Source: Candidatus Melainabacteria bacterium SSGW_16 (GTDB lineage Bacteria > Cyanobacteriota > Vampirovibrionia > 2-02-FULL-35-15). From it: DNA of 64,000 nucleotides. The position numbers and the translations under genes were made by a program. Where the stretch lies: NCBI GenBank assembly GCA_004769085.1, contig DUDS01000019.1:446-64445 (forward strand), given 5' to 3'. This document shows positions 46,284-56,418 of this stretch, piece by piece. A model generated the notes under the pieces. The model searched no databases and was not told where the DNA came from. It saw nothing but the letters and a program-made list of their open reading frames with translations. How positions within the stretch are numbered: the first letter of the stretch is position 1; each line of letters begins with the position of its first letter.

Positions 46284-46871
46284 ATGCATGTATTAGTAAT
46301 AGATAACTACGACAGTTTTACTTATAACCTTGTTCAATACATAGGTGAATTAAAATATGAGGTTTCAGTATTCAGGAATGATGAAATTACAATTGAAAAA
46401 ATAAAGTCATTAAATCCATGTCATATAGTAATTTCACCCGGTCCAGGAAGGCCTGACGATGCAGGAATCAGCAAATCAATAATAAAAGAACTTGCCGGAA
46501 AAATACCAATACTTGGAGTATGTCTTGGACATCAGTGCATTGGTGAAGTATATGGCGGAAAAATAACTAATGCACCTGAACTTATGCATGGGAAAACTTC
46601 AGATATTCATCATTCAGGAGATTCAATATTTTCAGATATTCCAAGCCCTTTTACAGCGACCAGGTACCATTCATTAATTGTTGATTTAAAAAGTATTGAA
46701 AAAAGTCCTTTAAAAATAACTGCAAAAACAAAAGACAATCTTATAATGGCTCTTGAACATAAGGAATTTAACAGCCTTATTGGTGTACAATTTCATCCTG
46801 AATCAATTCTTACTGAGCACGGACATAAACTACTGACTAATTTCTTAAAGTTAAAAGGAATCAAATCATGA
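46284..46871 (+). CDS. Glutamine amidotransferase class I: anthranilate/aminodeoxychorismate synthase component II
   Basis: MHVLVIDNYDSFTYNLVQYIGELKYEVSVFRNDE; PILGVCLGHQ catalytic Cys; FHPES. Confidence 0.8.
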   Translation: MHVLVIDNYDSFTYNLVQYIGELKYEVSVFRNDEITIEKIKSLNPCHIVISPGPGRPDDAGISKSIIKELAGKIPILGVCLGHQCIGEVYGGKITNAPELMHGKTSDIHHSGDSIFSDIPSPFTATRYHSLIVDLKSIEKSPLKITAKTKDNLIMALEHKEFNSLIGVQFHPESILTEHGHKLLTNFLKLKGIKS

Positions 46872-47359
46872 GGACATTATTAAAATATTTATTGTTTATT
46901 TTATTTCTTGCAATATCTCTAAATATCCCGGCAAACGCACTATTAGATAAGGACAAAGACATTGCCAGGAAAAACCCAAACAGCGCTTTTGCAGAAGGAC
47001 TTACACAAAACCCAAGATATAAAGTCACTGAAGATGACAGAGTTTTTGCACGGAACAATCCACAAACAAGATTTGCCAAAACAATAGCGGCAAACCCAAA
47101 TTATATTGTAGATCTGCCAGACAAAACATTTGCAATGAAAAACCCCGACAGTGCTTTTGCTGAAGGACTTGCACAAAATCCTACTTATCTAATCAGAAAT
47201 GAAGACAAAGAATTTGCAAGAAGTAATCCAAATACAAAGTTTTCAGAATTCCTGGTTACAAATCCTGCTTATATAATTGAACCTGCAGACAGGGAATTCG
47301 CAAGAAACAACCCTGATACAAAAGCAGCATATGGGATTGCCAAGAATCCAAGTCATTAA
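46868..47359 (+). CDS. Secreted protein made of about five ~28-aa repeats (D-K/R-x-F-A-R-x-NP-x-S/T-x-F-A-E-x-L-x-x-NP-x-Y)
   Basis: Signal peptide MRTLLKYLLFILFLAISLNIPANA, then DKDIARKNPNSAFAEGLTQNPRYKVTE / DDRVFARNNPQTRFAKTIAANPNYIVDLP / DKTFAMKNPDSAFAEGLAQNPTYLIRNE / DKEFARSNPNTKFSEFLVTNPAYIIEPA / DREFARNNPDTKAAYGIAKNPSH. Confidence 0.55.
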   Translation: MRTLLKYLLFILFLAISLNIPANALLDKDKDIARKNPNSAFAEGLTQNPRYKVTEDDRVFARNNPQTRFAKTIAANPNYIVDLPDKTFAMKNPDSAFAEGLAQNPTYLIRNEDKEFARSNPNTKFSEFLVTNPAYIIEPADREFARNNPDTKAAYGIAKNPSH

Positions 47360-47360
47360 A

Positions 47361-48482
47361 ATGAGAAGTAATTACGTTATAGGGCTGAATTCAGGAACTT
47401 CATTTGATGGAATTGATGTTGCACTGGTTAAATTTAAAAAAAATGATTTAAGACCTATCTTTGTAGACGGAATTGTTTGTGAATATCCGAAAAAAATCAA
47501 GGAACAAATCAGAGAATTAATTGCTTCAGCAGGATCAATTCATAATCTATCTCCACAGAAAATATCAAAATTAGATATAAGCCTTGGCAATTTATTTGCA
47601 AATACTGCTCTGCAAATCATCAAAAAACGCGGATTAAAAAAAGAAGATATTTTATTAATAGGTTCTCATGGTCAAACTATTTACCATAAACCAAGAGTAA
47701 AATCAGTACAAATCGGTAACGGAAAAATAATTGCAAAAAGAACAGACATAAAAACAATTAATGATTTCAGAGAAGCGGACATTAAAGCAGGTGGCGAGGG
47801 TGCACCACTTATGCCATTTCTGGATCAGGTATGTTTTGGCAAAACGAAAAAAGGAATTATTACTTTAAATATTGGCGGTATAGCAAATATAACTGCTACA
47901 GGAAAGAACATAAAACCTATTGCATTTGATACAGGCCCAGGAAATGCACTCATAGACCTGGTTACAAGAAAATATTTTAATACTGATTTTGACAGGGATG
48001 GACTAATAGCAAAAAAAGGTAATGTGATTTTTAAGTATATAAAAAAAGCAGCCCTAGATCCTTATTTTAGGATTTCTCCGCCAAAGTCTACAGGCAAAGA
48101 ATATTTCAATCAACAATTCATAGATAGATATTTTTCACAAATAAAGAAGAAAAGGGATCTTATTTCAACTCTTACATTTTTCACTGCATACACAATTAAA
48201 TACTCGCTCGAGAAATATGTTTTTCGAAAACATAAAATAAGCGAAATTGTAATCTCAGGAGGAGGGTTAAAAAATAAAACTCTTGTAAGTTTTCTTAAGA
48301 AGATTTTACCCAGGATAAATATTACAAGCTCAGATAAATACGGGCTGCCGTCGAAATATAAAGAAGCTATACTTTTTGCATTACTTGGTTATACATGTCT
48401 GAAACAAATCCCTAATAACATTCCAAGCTGTACAGGTGCCAGAAAAAAAACAGTAACTGGTAAAATATGTGTAGGTATTTAA
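47361..48482 (+). CDS. anmK: Anhydro-N-acetylmuramic acid kinase
   Basis: YVIGLNSGTSFDGIDVALV (compare GLMSGTSLDGVDAALI). The start is placed at MRSNYV after the upstream stop. Confidence 0.8.
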   Translation: MRSNYVIGLNSGTSFDGIDVALVKFKKNDLRPIFVDGIVCEYPKKIKEQIRELIASAGSIHNLSPQKISKLDISLGNLFANTALQIIKKRGLKKEDILLIGSHGQTIYHKPRVKSVQIGNGKIIAKRTDIKTINDFREADIKAGGEGAPLMPFLDQVCFGKTKKGIITLNIGGIANITATGKNIKPIAFDTGPGNALIDLVTRKYFNTDFDRDGLIAKKGNVIFKYIKKAALDPYFRISPPKSTGKEYFNQQFIDRYFSQIKKKRDLISTLTFFTAYTIKYSLEKYVFRKHKISEIVISGGGLKNKTLVSFLKKILPRINITSSDKYGLPSKYKEAILFALLGYTCLKQIPNNIPSCTGARKKTVTGKICVGI

Positions 48483-48489
48483 GCAATAA

Positions 48490-49452
48490 TTGAGGAAAGT
48501 AACCATGGTCTTAAAAAATCCAAAAGTAACAGTTGTAGGTGCAGGAAATGTAGGTGCCACCTGTGCGCAAAGACTAATTGAGAAAAATATTTGTGATGTT
48601 GTACTGATAGATATTTTAGAAGGAATTCCTCAGGGAAAAGCACTGGATTTAATGGAAGCAAGACCTGTTGAACTGCATGACAGGAAAATCAAAGGTACAA
48701 ATAATTATTCAGCGACAAAAGATTCAGATGTAGTAGTAATTACTGCAGGCATTGCCAGAAAACCAGGCATGAGCAGAGATGATCTTTTAAAAACAAATGC
48801 TCAGATTGTCAGTGGAGTCACAACAGAAGTAGTAAAATACTCACCTGATTCAATAATAATAGTAGTATCTAACCCTCTGGATGTAATGACTCACCTTACC
48901 TGGCTAAAAAGCAAATTCCCTCCGAAAAGGGTTTTTGGTATGGCAGGAGTTCTTGATTCAGCCAGAATGAGATTTTTTATTGCTGAGGCACTTAATGTTT
49001 CTACAGATGATGTTCAGGCAATGGTTTTAGGAGGTCATGGTGATCAAATGGTTCCATTACCCAGGTTTTCAACTGTTTCCGGTATTCCTATTACAGAACT
49101 TCTCCCGCCACAAAAAATTAATGAAATAAATGAAAGAACAAAAAATGGTGGGATTGAAATAGTAAATCTTTTAAAAACCGGAAGCGCATATTACGCCCCT
49201 GCAAGCTCTGCTGCAACAATGGTAGAAGCTATAGTACAGGACAGAAAAAGAGTTTTCCCGGTTGCTGCTTATCTAAATGGAGAATATGGACTCAAAGATG
49301 TTTTTATAGGAGTTCCTGTAAAACTTGGTTCAGGTGGCATTGAAGAGATAATTGAATTAAAACTTGCGGCAGAAGAACTGGAAGCACTACATAAAAGTGC
49401 TGAAGCTGTAAAAAGCAATACTAGTAAGCTTTTTGAACTTGCTCTGGTTTAA
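48490..49452 (+). CDS. mdh: Malate dehydrogenase (LDH-like MDH family)
   Basis: [16 protein letters not shown]...[22 protein letters not shown]; the IPQGKALD motif and substrate-loop region [14 protein letters not shown]. Confidence 0.8.
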   Translation: MRKVTMVLKNPKVTVVGAGNVGATCAQRLIEKNICDVVLIDILEGIPQGKALDLMEARPVELHDRKIKGTNNYSATKDSDVVVITAGIARKPGMSRDDLLKTNAQIVSGVTTEVVKYSPDSIIIVVSNPLDVMTHLTWLKSKFPPKRVFGMAGVLDSARMRFFIAEALNVSTDDVQAMVLGGHGDQMVPLPRFSTVSGIPITELLPPQKINEINERTKNGGIEIVNLLKTGSAYYAPASSAATMVEAIVQDRKRVFPVAAYLNGEYGLKDVFIGVPVKLGSGGIEEIIELKLAAEELEALHKSAEAVKSNTSKLFELALV

Positions 49453-49495
49453 CCTCTTAACTTTCTTCTTATTTCTTTACAGCCAAATTTAGGCC

Positions 49496-49522
49496 TTGAC
49501 ATCACAATATTTTTTTTATTAT
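49496..49522 (+). promoter_or_regulatory. Candidate sigma-70-type promoter (TTGACA-N15-TATTAT) upstream of the Cys-rich protein gene
   Basis: TTGACA at 49496-49501 and TATTAT at 49517-49522. The 15-bp spacing is suboptimal, so the call is tentative. Confidence 0.3.
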
Positions 49523-49603
49523 TATCGGGATATCAGTACATATATTCTATTTACTTCAAGCGGGAAGTGTATCTAGAGGAGGAGGCACTTCCCGTGCATT
49601 TAT

Positions 49604-49626
49604 TAAACCCTCTCAATAACAGCAGC
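49604..49626. repeat. 23-bp direct repeat copy 1 (taaaccctctcaataacagcagc), a displaced duplicate of the thiolase 3' end
   Basis: Identical 23-mer at 50747-50769, where it encodes the thiolase C-terminus AAVIERV plus stop on the minus strand. Here it is non-coding. Confidence 0.85.
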
Positions 49627-49685
49627 GTATTTACTCTATAGGGGCAACCCTAAACACTGATCTTTTCAGCGGGTAAAAATCCTTT

Positions 49686-50726
49686 ATGAGAATGTTAAAA
49701 GTTATTTTTGGTTTGCTGATATTTATTAGCATTATCCAAACAGTAAATATTCAAAATTTATTCACATCATTACCTGCTATTGCATGTCCAAGCGGTTCCA
49801 CGGCAAGTGACTGCTCGTTAAGAGGATGCTCTGGTAATGCACAATGCAAAGACAGATGTATCTGTACTCACTGTACAAATGAAACATATGGGGGTTCATG
49901 CTTTAAAGACAGTGACTGTAAAAATGGAGGTAAATGTATCGGGGGAGATAGTGAACAATGTATAGTTGGCGAATGTCGCTTTTTACCAACAACTGATGAT
50001 GATTGTTATAATTTTTGCCATGGACTAAAAGAAGGTTATCGAAATGGATTTCATTTAAAGCAAGGAGAAACTTGTACCTCAATTGGGAAAAACACTGAAA
50101 ATAAATGTCTTAATAGCAAAGAAATAAATAATTGTTGTTGTGTACCCTGCAAAGATAATGATAATAGCTGTCATTGTGAATATGGCACAGATGAATCCGT
50201 GATTTGCTCAGCAAAAGAACATATAAATTCAGAATGCCCAAGCTATTTAAAATCTACAAATGTAAATGTCCCTGATCCCCCCATAACTTATAAAAGAGAC
50301 TGCAGTACAAATGATCATGGATATTGTGGATATTGCTCTTGTCCAGAAAATAATAATAATATATGCATAAGTACATGTTCACATCAAGGTTGTATATCAG
50401 ATATTTGTGAAATAGCAAATCATGAAATGGGTCATTGGTGGGATTGTTTCACAAATAGAACTGGATCTAATTCTGATTCTGCTTGCACCGGAATAAAAAA
50501 CCATGTAGTAATTGAAAATGCTACCTATAATGACTGTATTGAAAGAAATCAATTCCCTTCCGATTGTAATGATACGAAAAATAGACTTATAAATTATTGC
50601 AATAATTACTGTAGTAATAAATGTCCCTTCAGTAATGAGGTAAAACTTATTTGTGAAAAGTTTGGAATAACCTGTGGTTCTGCTGCCTCTGGAGCTGGAG
50701 CTGCAGTTCCAATGCCAACCCCATAA
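49686..50726 (+). CDS. Secreted, extremely cysteine-rich protein (about 50 Cys in 346 aa), unknown function
   Basis: Signal peptide MRMLKVIFGLLIFISIIQTVNIQN. There are dense CxxC, CC and CxC patterns, several N-x-S/T sites, a G/A-rich C-terminus, and no recognisable domain. It is bounded by the 23-bp direct repeats. Confidence 0.55.
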   Translation: MRMLKVIFGLLIFISIIQTVNIQNLFTSLPAIACPSGSTASDCSLRGCSGNAQCKDRCICTHCTNETYGGSCFKDSDCKNGGKCIGGDSEQCIVGECRFLPTTDDDCYNFCHGLKEGYRNGFHLKQGETCTSIGKNTENKCLNSKEINNCCCVPCKDNDNSCHCEYGTDESVICSAKEHINSECPSYLKSTNVNVPDPPITYKRDCSTNDHGYCGYCSCPENNNNICISTCSHQGCISDICEIANHEMGHWWDCFTNRTGSNSDSACTGIKNHVVIENATYNDCIERNQFPSDCNDTKNRLINYCNNYCSNKCPFSNEVKLICEKFGITCGSAASGAGAAVPMPTP

Positions 50727-50745
50727 GCTCTTATCAAAGGCTGCT

Positions 50746-51903
50746 CTAAACCCTCTCAATAACAGCAGCAATTCCCTGACCAAATCCTATACAAAGACTG
50801 GACACGCCTCTCTTTAGATTTCTTCGTTCAAGTTCATGCAACAAAGTAGTAATCAGCCTGGCACCACTAGCCCCCAAAGGATGCCCGATAGCAATTGCAC
50901 CACCGTTTACATTTACTTTATCTGCAGGAATACTTAGTTCTCTCTGAGCTGCAAGAACAACAGATGCAAATGCTTCATTTATTTCAAATAAATCTATATC
51001 CTTCATTTCAAGTCCTGATTTTTTCAATGCCTTGGGAATTGAATAAATTGGTCCTGTAAGCTGAAGTTCTACATCAGTACCCACTACTGAAAAACCCAAA
51101 AACTTTGCCCTTGGTTTAAAACCATATTTCTTTACAGCACTTTCACTTGCTATTAATAGTGCAGAAGCTCCGTCACTAACCTGGCTGGCATTGGCTGCTG
51201 TAATAACTCCGCCTTCTTTAAAGGCAGGTGCTAAAGTACCCATTTTCTCAATGGATGTATCACTTCTGATTCCTTCATCCTTTTCAATCAGTCCCTTGGA
51301 AGTACTAACAGGAATAATTTCTTTTTTGAAAAATCCTTTGCCTGTTGCAATAGCAGCTTTCATGTGACTTTCATATGAAAACTCATCCAGATCCCTTCTG
51401 CTTAATTTCCATTTTGCAGCCATTAATTCTCCGGAAATTCCCATTGGATTTGCTTTAAAATTCTTTAAAAAACTATCTGGTAAAGTTGGTTTTGTTTTGC
51501 CTGGCATGGGAAACCCATCACCACCAAGTGGAATTTTTCCCATGCTTTCTACGCCACCTGCTATAAGAAGATCATGAGCACCAGCCATTACAGCCTGAAT
51601 CGCAAAATGAATTGCCTGCTGCCCTGATCCACACATTCTGTTTAGCTGGACGCCCGGCACAGTAATATCAAGAGCTGTTATTGCAATAAGCCTGGCAATA
51701 TTTAATCCCTGCTCAGCAACAGGACTTGCACAACCATAAATTAAATCCTCAATATCAGTTGGTTTTAGATTATTTCTTTTAACTAATTCTTTTACAGGTA
51801 TCCCTCCAAGATCCACTGGATGAACTTCAGCAAAAACACCTGTATCTTTTCCACGACCAATCGGTGTTCTTATTGCATCAATAATATAAGCTGCATTTGA
51901 CAT
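50746..51903 (-). CDS. Thiolase (acetyl-CoA C-acetyl/acyltransferase)
   Basis: [15 protein letters not shown]...[21 protein letters not shown] and the catalytic Cys region [12 protein letters not shown]. Confidence 0.85.
   Translation of the reverse strand: MSNAAYIIDAIRTPIGRGKDTGVFAEVHPVDLGGIPVKELVKRNNLKPTDIEDLIYGCASPVAEQGLNIARLIAITALDITVPGVQLNRMCGSGQQAIHFAIQAVMAGAHDLLIAGGVESMGKIPLGGDGFPMPGKTKPTLPDSFLKNFKANPMGISGELMAAKWKLSRRDLDEFSYESHMKAAIATGKGFFKKEIIPVSTSKGLIEKDEGIRSDTSIEKMGTLAPAFKEGGVITAANASQVSDGASALLIASESAVKKYGFKPRAKFLGFSVVGTDVELQLTGPIYSIPKALKKSGLEMKDIDLFEINEAFASVVLAAQRELSIPADKVNVNGGAIAIGHPLGASGARLITTLLHELERRNLKRGVSSLCIGFGQGIAAVIERV
50747..50769. repeat. 23-bp direct repeat copy 2 (within thiolase 3' coding end)
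   Basis: Perfect match to 49604-49626, 1143 bp apart. Confidence 0.85.
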
Positions 51904-52000
51904 TTTTATTTCTTTCTGGTTTTAGAAAACATTAATAGTTTACTCTAAGATTATAAAAATGTAACTACTCAGTATATATATAAAAAACAAAGTGAAATTT

Positions 52001-53227
52001 TTAAACTCTTTCAAAGATAATAGCTATAGCCTGTCCACCGCCAATACACAGTGTTACCAATCCATATCGGGATGGAAGCCCTTCATCTGCTCTTTTATGC
52101 ATCTCATGTAATAGAGTTACAGGAAGCCTTGTCCCACTTGCTCCTAATGGATGTCCTAAAGCAATAGCGCCACCGTTTACATTTACTTTTTCAGGATCTA
52201 TGCCAAGTTCTTCTATTGTTGCAAGTGCAACAGATGCAAATGCTTCATTTATTTCAAATAAATCTATATCTTTAATTTTCATATTAGCTTTTGCAAGAAC
52301 TTTTCTTACAGCATCTATTGGTCCAATTAAATGTTCTGCAGGTTTTTGAGAATCTGTTTTTACTACAGCAGAGGCAACAATCCTCGCCATAGGAACAAGA
52401 TCATGTTCTTTAAGTGCCTGTTCACTAACGACTAAATACCCTGCAACACCAGCACTAATCTGACTGGAAGTAGCAGCAGTATGCAGACCAAACCTGCCAA
52501 ATGAAGGCTTGAGTTTTTTAGATAAAACTTCAAGCGAAGTATCAGATCTTATCCCTTCATCAAAATCAAGATACCCTCTCGGTGTTCTGACTGTAACTAT
52601 TTCGTCTTTAAATCTTCCATTCTGCATTGCATAAGCTGCCTTCATCTGGCTAAAAAAACCGTATTCATCAAGCATTTTCCTGGAATATCCACGGCTTGTT
52701 GCTATGGCATCACCATAAGCTCCCATTGGTAATAGTGAATACCCTTCCGGAAGAGAAAGTTTAACAACCGATGCACCCATTGCAACAATCTTTCTAAGAT
52801 TTTTTAAATTCCCGCCAAGAGTATTTGATGCAGGCATTAAATCCTGTCCCTGGAAAACTCTGTGATTATTTTCTACCCCCATTACAAGCACTATTTCATT
52901 TTCACCGCTTGCAATTTGAGCCTGAGCTAATCGGGTAGCCTGTGCACTGGAACCACATAAATCATTAATTGTTGTTGCATGAACAAACGGACCAAATGCT
53001 AATTCACCAATTCTTGTAGCCATGTTACATCCCTGTTCACCAGTTTGAGTAGCACAGCCTACAAAAAGTTCATTAATGTACTTTGGATCTAAATTTGCCC
53101 TGTTAACTATTTCTTTTGCAACTGTAACACCAAGAGTTTCAGGTTTTACCCTAGAGAAAAGTCCACCTTTAGCACTAGTTGCTGTTCTGAGAGGTCCCAC
53201 AAGAAATGCTGATCTTACTTCAGGCAC
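52001..53227 (-). CDS. Thiolase paralog
   Basis: [52 protein letters not shown] active-site region. Confidence 0.8.
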   Translation of the reverse strand: MPEVRSAFLVGPLRTATSAKGGLFSRVKPETLGVTVAKEIVNRANLDPKYINELFVGCATQTGEQGCNMATRIGELAFGPFVHATTINDLCGSSAQATRLAQAQIASGENEIVLVMGVENNHRVFQGQDLMPASNTLGGNLKNLRKIVAMGASVVKLSLPEGYSLLPMGAYGDAIATSRGYSRKMLDEYGFFSQMKAAYAMQNGRFKDEIVTVRTPRGYLDFDEGIRSDTSLEVLSKKLKPSFGRFGLHTAATSSQISAGVAGYLVVSEQALKEHDLVPMARIVASAVVKTDSQKPAEHLIGPIDAVRKVLAKANMKIKDIDLFEINEAFASVALATIEELGIDPEKVNVNGGAIALGHPLGASGTRLPVTLLHEMHKRADEGLPSRYGLVTLCIGGGQAIAIIFERV

Positions 53228-53448
53228 AGATAACTCCTTAACTACTTTTTATCTTTACTCCGGCCCCTTATATGAGGAATTTACCCAAGAGCATTTACTA
53301 TTTCATGTGTAATTATTAATTGTTATCAAGAATAACAAATTAGCTTAAAAAAGTATATGTCTCTACTAACAATTAAGGCACAAAAAAGAAAGGGAGTTAG
53401 TCTCTAATAAAGCTCGGCTAAAGAACTAGCCCTAAAAGGAGAAAAAAA

Positions 53449-53658
53449 ATGTTTTCTTTTAACCTCTTAAAGTATGAACCTTTGACATTTGAAAAATATA
53501 AAAACTATATTCCACAAGCACCAAGAGAAATTAGAAAAATGATTCAGACACTTAATAAATGTCCAAACTGTAATTTCCTTATATTTGATAATTACTGGTC
53601 AGATAATATTGAAAGAAACGAGAAAAAAGTCTGCCCTACATGTGGAAATAAGCTTTAG
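53449..53658 (+). CDS. Small zinc-ribbon protein (CxxC...CxxC)
   Basis: 69 aa, CPNCNF...CPTCGNKL, with a strong SD (aaaggagaaaaaaaATG). Confidence 0.45.
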   Translation: MFSFNLLKYEPLTFEKYKNYIPQAPREIRKMIQTLNKCPNCNFLIFDNYWSDNIERNEKKVCPTCGNKL

Positions 53659-53673
53659 GAACCTCAGGATTAT

Positions 53674-55071
53674 TTACCTTTCAAGAAGAACTATACATTC
53701 AGTGTGATATGAATGGGGAAACATATCTATAGGCTGAATGGTTTTAATACTAAAGCCTCTCTGATTACTTTCACCAAGGCATAAAATATTTAAATCTCGT
53801 ATAAGTGTCGAGGGATTACAACTTACATAAATAATTTTTCTCACATCTGAATCACATATAGTATTAAGGATATTTTTGGCACATCCTCCTCTTGGAGGAT
53901 CTAAAATAATTACTTCAGGTTTATAAGTTTCAATACCTTGCTGAATTTTATTTTCAACTTTTCCATTTATTAGAATTACATTATTAATATTATTTTCCTG
54001 CAAGCTGGTTTTTGCATCTTCAATAGATTGCTTTATTTCCTCTATGCCAATAACTTTCTTTACAAATTTTGCCATATAGAGTGAAATCAGTCCCACTCCA
54101 CAATAAGCATCAACCAATACCTCCTCTCCTGAAAGCTGCAATAAATCACTTATAGTCGAAAGAAGTTTTTCTGTCTGCAATGTATTCACCTGAAAGAAGC
54201 TTGTTGCAGATATTTTAAATTTGATACCGTTTACAATTTCATTAATATAGCCTTTCCCTTTTAATACTTCAGTTTTATTTCCATAAATTACGTTTGTAGT
54301 CTGATTGTTTACATTAATGCAAACACCAACAAGCTGAGGGAATTTTCCCATTAACTCTGATACAAACATTTGTGAATTTGAAAGTCCGAGATCAACACCA
54401 ACTAGTGTAAGCAAAGCCTCTCCTGTATTAATCCCAAGCCTTACACAAATATGTCTTAGCCAGCCTTTTTTTGTGCTGCTGTCATAAGCAATTATTTTAT
54501 ATTTTTCAGCTATGTTTCTGACTGCTTCAATAATTTCATCAAAAAGATTATTCTGGATAGGACAGTGCTTTATATTAACCAGCTCATTTGAATGCCATTC
54601 AAAATATCCTGCTTTAAGCCTGCCTGTTTCCTGTATAGTTCTTACAGGGTACTGGACTTTATTTCTATAATTCCATATATCTGGGGAAGGAATTATTGGT
54701 TTAATTTGATCTGATGATATATTAAGTGTTTTAAGAAAATCAGCAATGAGTATATTTTTTTGCTCAAGTTGTTTTTCATATGGCAAATGCTGCCACTGGC
54801 ATCCACCACACACTTTAAAAACCTTACACTTAGCTTCAATCCTGTAAAGAGGATCAGAACCCTGAACCTCAAGTATTTTTGCCCTTGCATAATTATGCCT
54901 CAACGTTGTTGCCTGAGCTAAGACTTTGTCTCCTGGTGCAGCTCTATCAACAAAAACAACAAAATCTTTATATCTTCCAACAGCTGAATTGTCATAAGCC
55001 ATAGAAGTTATTTCTATTTCAAATGTTTGATTTTCAGATAGAGGTATAGATTTAAGTGTTTCTTTTGCCAT
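53674..55071 (-). CDS. 23S rRNA (uracil-C5)-methyltransferase RumA/RlmD family (TRAM + Fe-S + SAM MTase)
   Basis: The TRAM domain N-terminus, a Cys cluster CKVFKVCGGCQWQH, MTase motifs VLVDAYCGVGLISL, and ILDPPRGGC. Confidence 0.8.
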   Translation of the reverse strand: MAKETLKSIPLSENQTFEIEITSMAYDNSAVGRYKDFVVFVDRAAPGDKVLAQATTLRHNYARAKILEVQGSDPLYRIEAKCKVFKVCGGCQWQHLPYEKQLEQKNILIADFLKTLNISSDQIKPIIPSPDIWNYRNKVQYPVRTIQETGRLKAGYFEWHSNELVNIKHCPIQNNLFDEIIEAVRNIAEKYKIIAYDSSTKKGWLRHICVRLGINTGEALLTLVGVDLGLSNSQMFVSELMGKFPQLVGVCINVNNQTTNVIYGNKTEVLKGKGYINEIVNGIKFKISATSFFQVNTLQTEKLLSTISDLLQLSGEEVLVDAYCGVGLISLYMAKFVKKVIGIEEIKQSIEDAKTSLQENNINNVILINGKVENKIQQGIETYKPEVIILDPPRGGCAKNILNTICDSDVRKIIYVSCNPSTLIRDLNILCLGESNQRGFSIKTIQPIDMFPHSYHTECIVLLER

Positions 55072-55114
55072 AATGGTTATCTCTTATTAAACTATTATAT
55101 TTGAAATTTAAATG

Positions 55115-55250
55115 ATGGACTTGCTTTTTTTGCTTGCCCTATGCCATTCGCTCCTTTTCACCCTGCGCTAATTTCACATTGTTAATTATATGTGAAATTA
55201 GCTTGGGATACATCCGCTTCAGGCATAGGGCTCTCTTTTGCAAGTCCATT
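55115..55250. repeat. 136-bp nested palindromic element (three stems) in a divergent intergenic region
   Basis: Outer stems atggacttgc / gcaagtccat and gccctatgcc / ggcatagggc. Inner perfect 13-bp stem gctaatttcacat / atgtgaaattagc. Confidence 0.7.
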
Positions 55251-55319
55251 TAGTTAGATATTTCTATAAGGAGTTTAAAATGAACTCAAAGAATAATCAG
55301 CATGCTAAAATCGTGAATC

Positions 55320-56105
55320 ATGTTTAACATAGATCTATCAGATAAAGTAGCAGTAATAACAGGTGCAAGCCAGGGAATCGGAAAAGCAATTGCTGAGGTA
55401 TTTGCAGAAGCTGGTTCTTCTTTAATATTACTTTCAAGAAATAAAACGAAGTTGGAAGAAAACATAAAACAGCTAAAAGCTAACAGCCACAAGCCAATAG
55501 CTAAATACCATATTCTTGACGTTTCGGACAGTGAAAGTGTTGAAAAGATTTTTAAAGAGATTGGCAATGTTGATATTTTAATAAATAATGCAGGGATTCA
55601 CTTTACATCACCCGTTGAAAGTATGGATATTAAAAAATGGAAAGAATTACTCGATACTAACCTGAACGGTGTAATGTATTGCTCAAAAGCAGTAATTAAA
55701 ACCATGATGAAAGACAAAAAGGGAAGAATAATAAATATTTCATCAGTAAGCGGTAAGGTTGGTGATGCCTATGGAAGTGCATACAGTGCATCAAAATTCG
55801 GAGTAATTGGATTTACACAGTCACTGGCACAGGAAGTAGCTAAGCACAATATTACAGTAAATGCAGTCTGCCCTGGATGGGTAGAAACACAAATGGCAGA
55901 AGAAATATTACATGATAAAGACTATGCCAAACTGCATAACATTAGAGTTGATGAGCTTAAAAAAACATCACTTGAAGCAGTACCTATTGGAAGATACATC
56001 CACCCGGCTGAAATAGGCTATCTGACACTGTTTCTGGCAAGTGACTATGCAAGTGCAATTACTGGTCAATCTATAAACATCTGCGGCGGGGTTTATATGC
56101 ATTGA
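55320..56105 (+). CDS. Short-chain dehydrogenase/reductase (FabG-like 3-oxoacyl-ACP reductase family)
   Basis: KVAVITGASQGIGKAIA (TGxxxGIG), NNAG, and the catalytic YSASKFGVIGFTQSLA (YxxxK). Confidence 0.8.
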   Translation: MFNIDLSDKVAVITGASQGIGKAIAEVFAEAGSSLILLSRNKTKLEENIKQLKANSHKPIAKYHILDVSDSESVEKIFKEIGNVDILINNAGIHFTSPVESMDIKKWKELLDTNLNGVMYCSKAVIKTMMKDKKGRIINISSVSGKVGDAYGSAYSASKFGVIGFTQSLAQEVAKHNITVNAVCPGWVETQMAEEILHDKDYAKLHNIRVDELKKTSLEAVPIGRYIHPAEIGYLTLFLASDYASAITGQSINICGGVYMH

Positions 56106-56418
56106 TTCAATGTAAATTCTTGGTATTTGATACAAGGTGAAAGCTTTTTGTGTGATTCACTCACCAAAAAGCGCCGTGACTCTACAAGCGAGTTGAGCGT
56201 TCGCGCGAAACGAGCGATATTAAAAAATATGCATTAAAATCTCATGTGATATATAGCACATTAAATCATAGATATTTCATACTAATTAAATAAACATCAA
56301 TATGTAACTTAACGAAATTTAATTAATATAAAAAATGTTTTTTACATTATTTTAAACTTCAAGTATTTTACTATGAAAAAATAAAAAGTAAGAAATACTT
56401 CTTACTAAGGGGGTCGCT

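Noticed and set aside
53076-53312. 78-aa plus-strand ORF
   Set aside because: It is antisense to the N-terminal region of the second thiolase gene and extends into the intergenic region; no SD and a poor composition.
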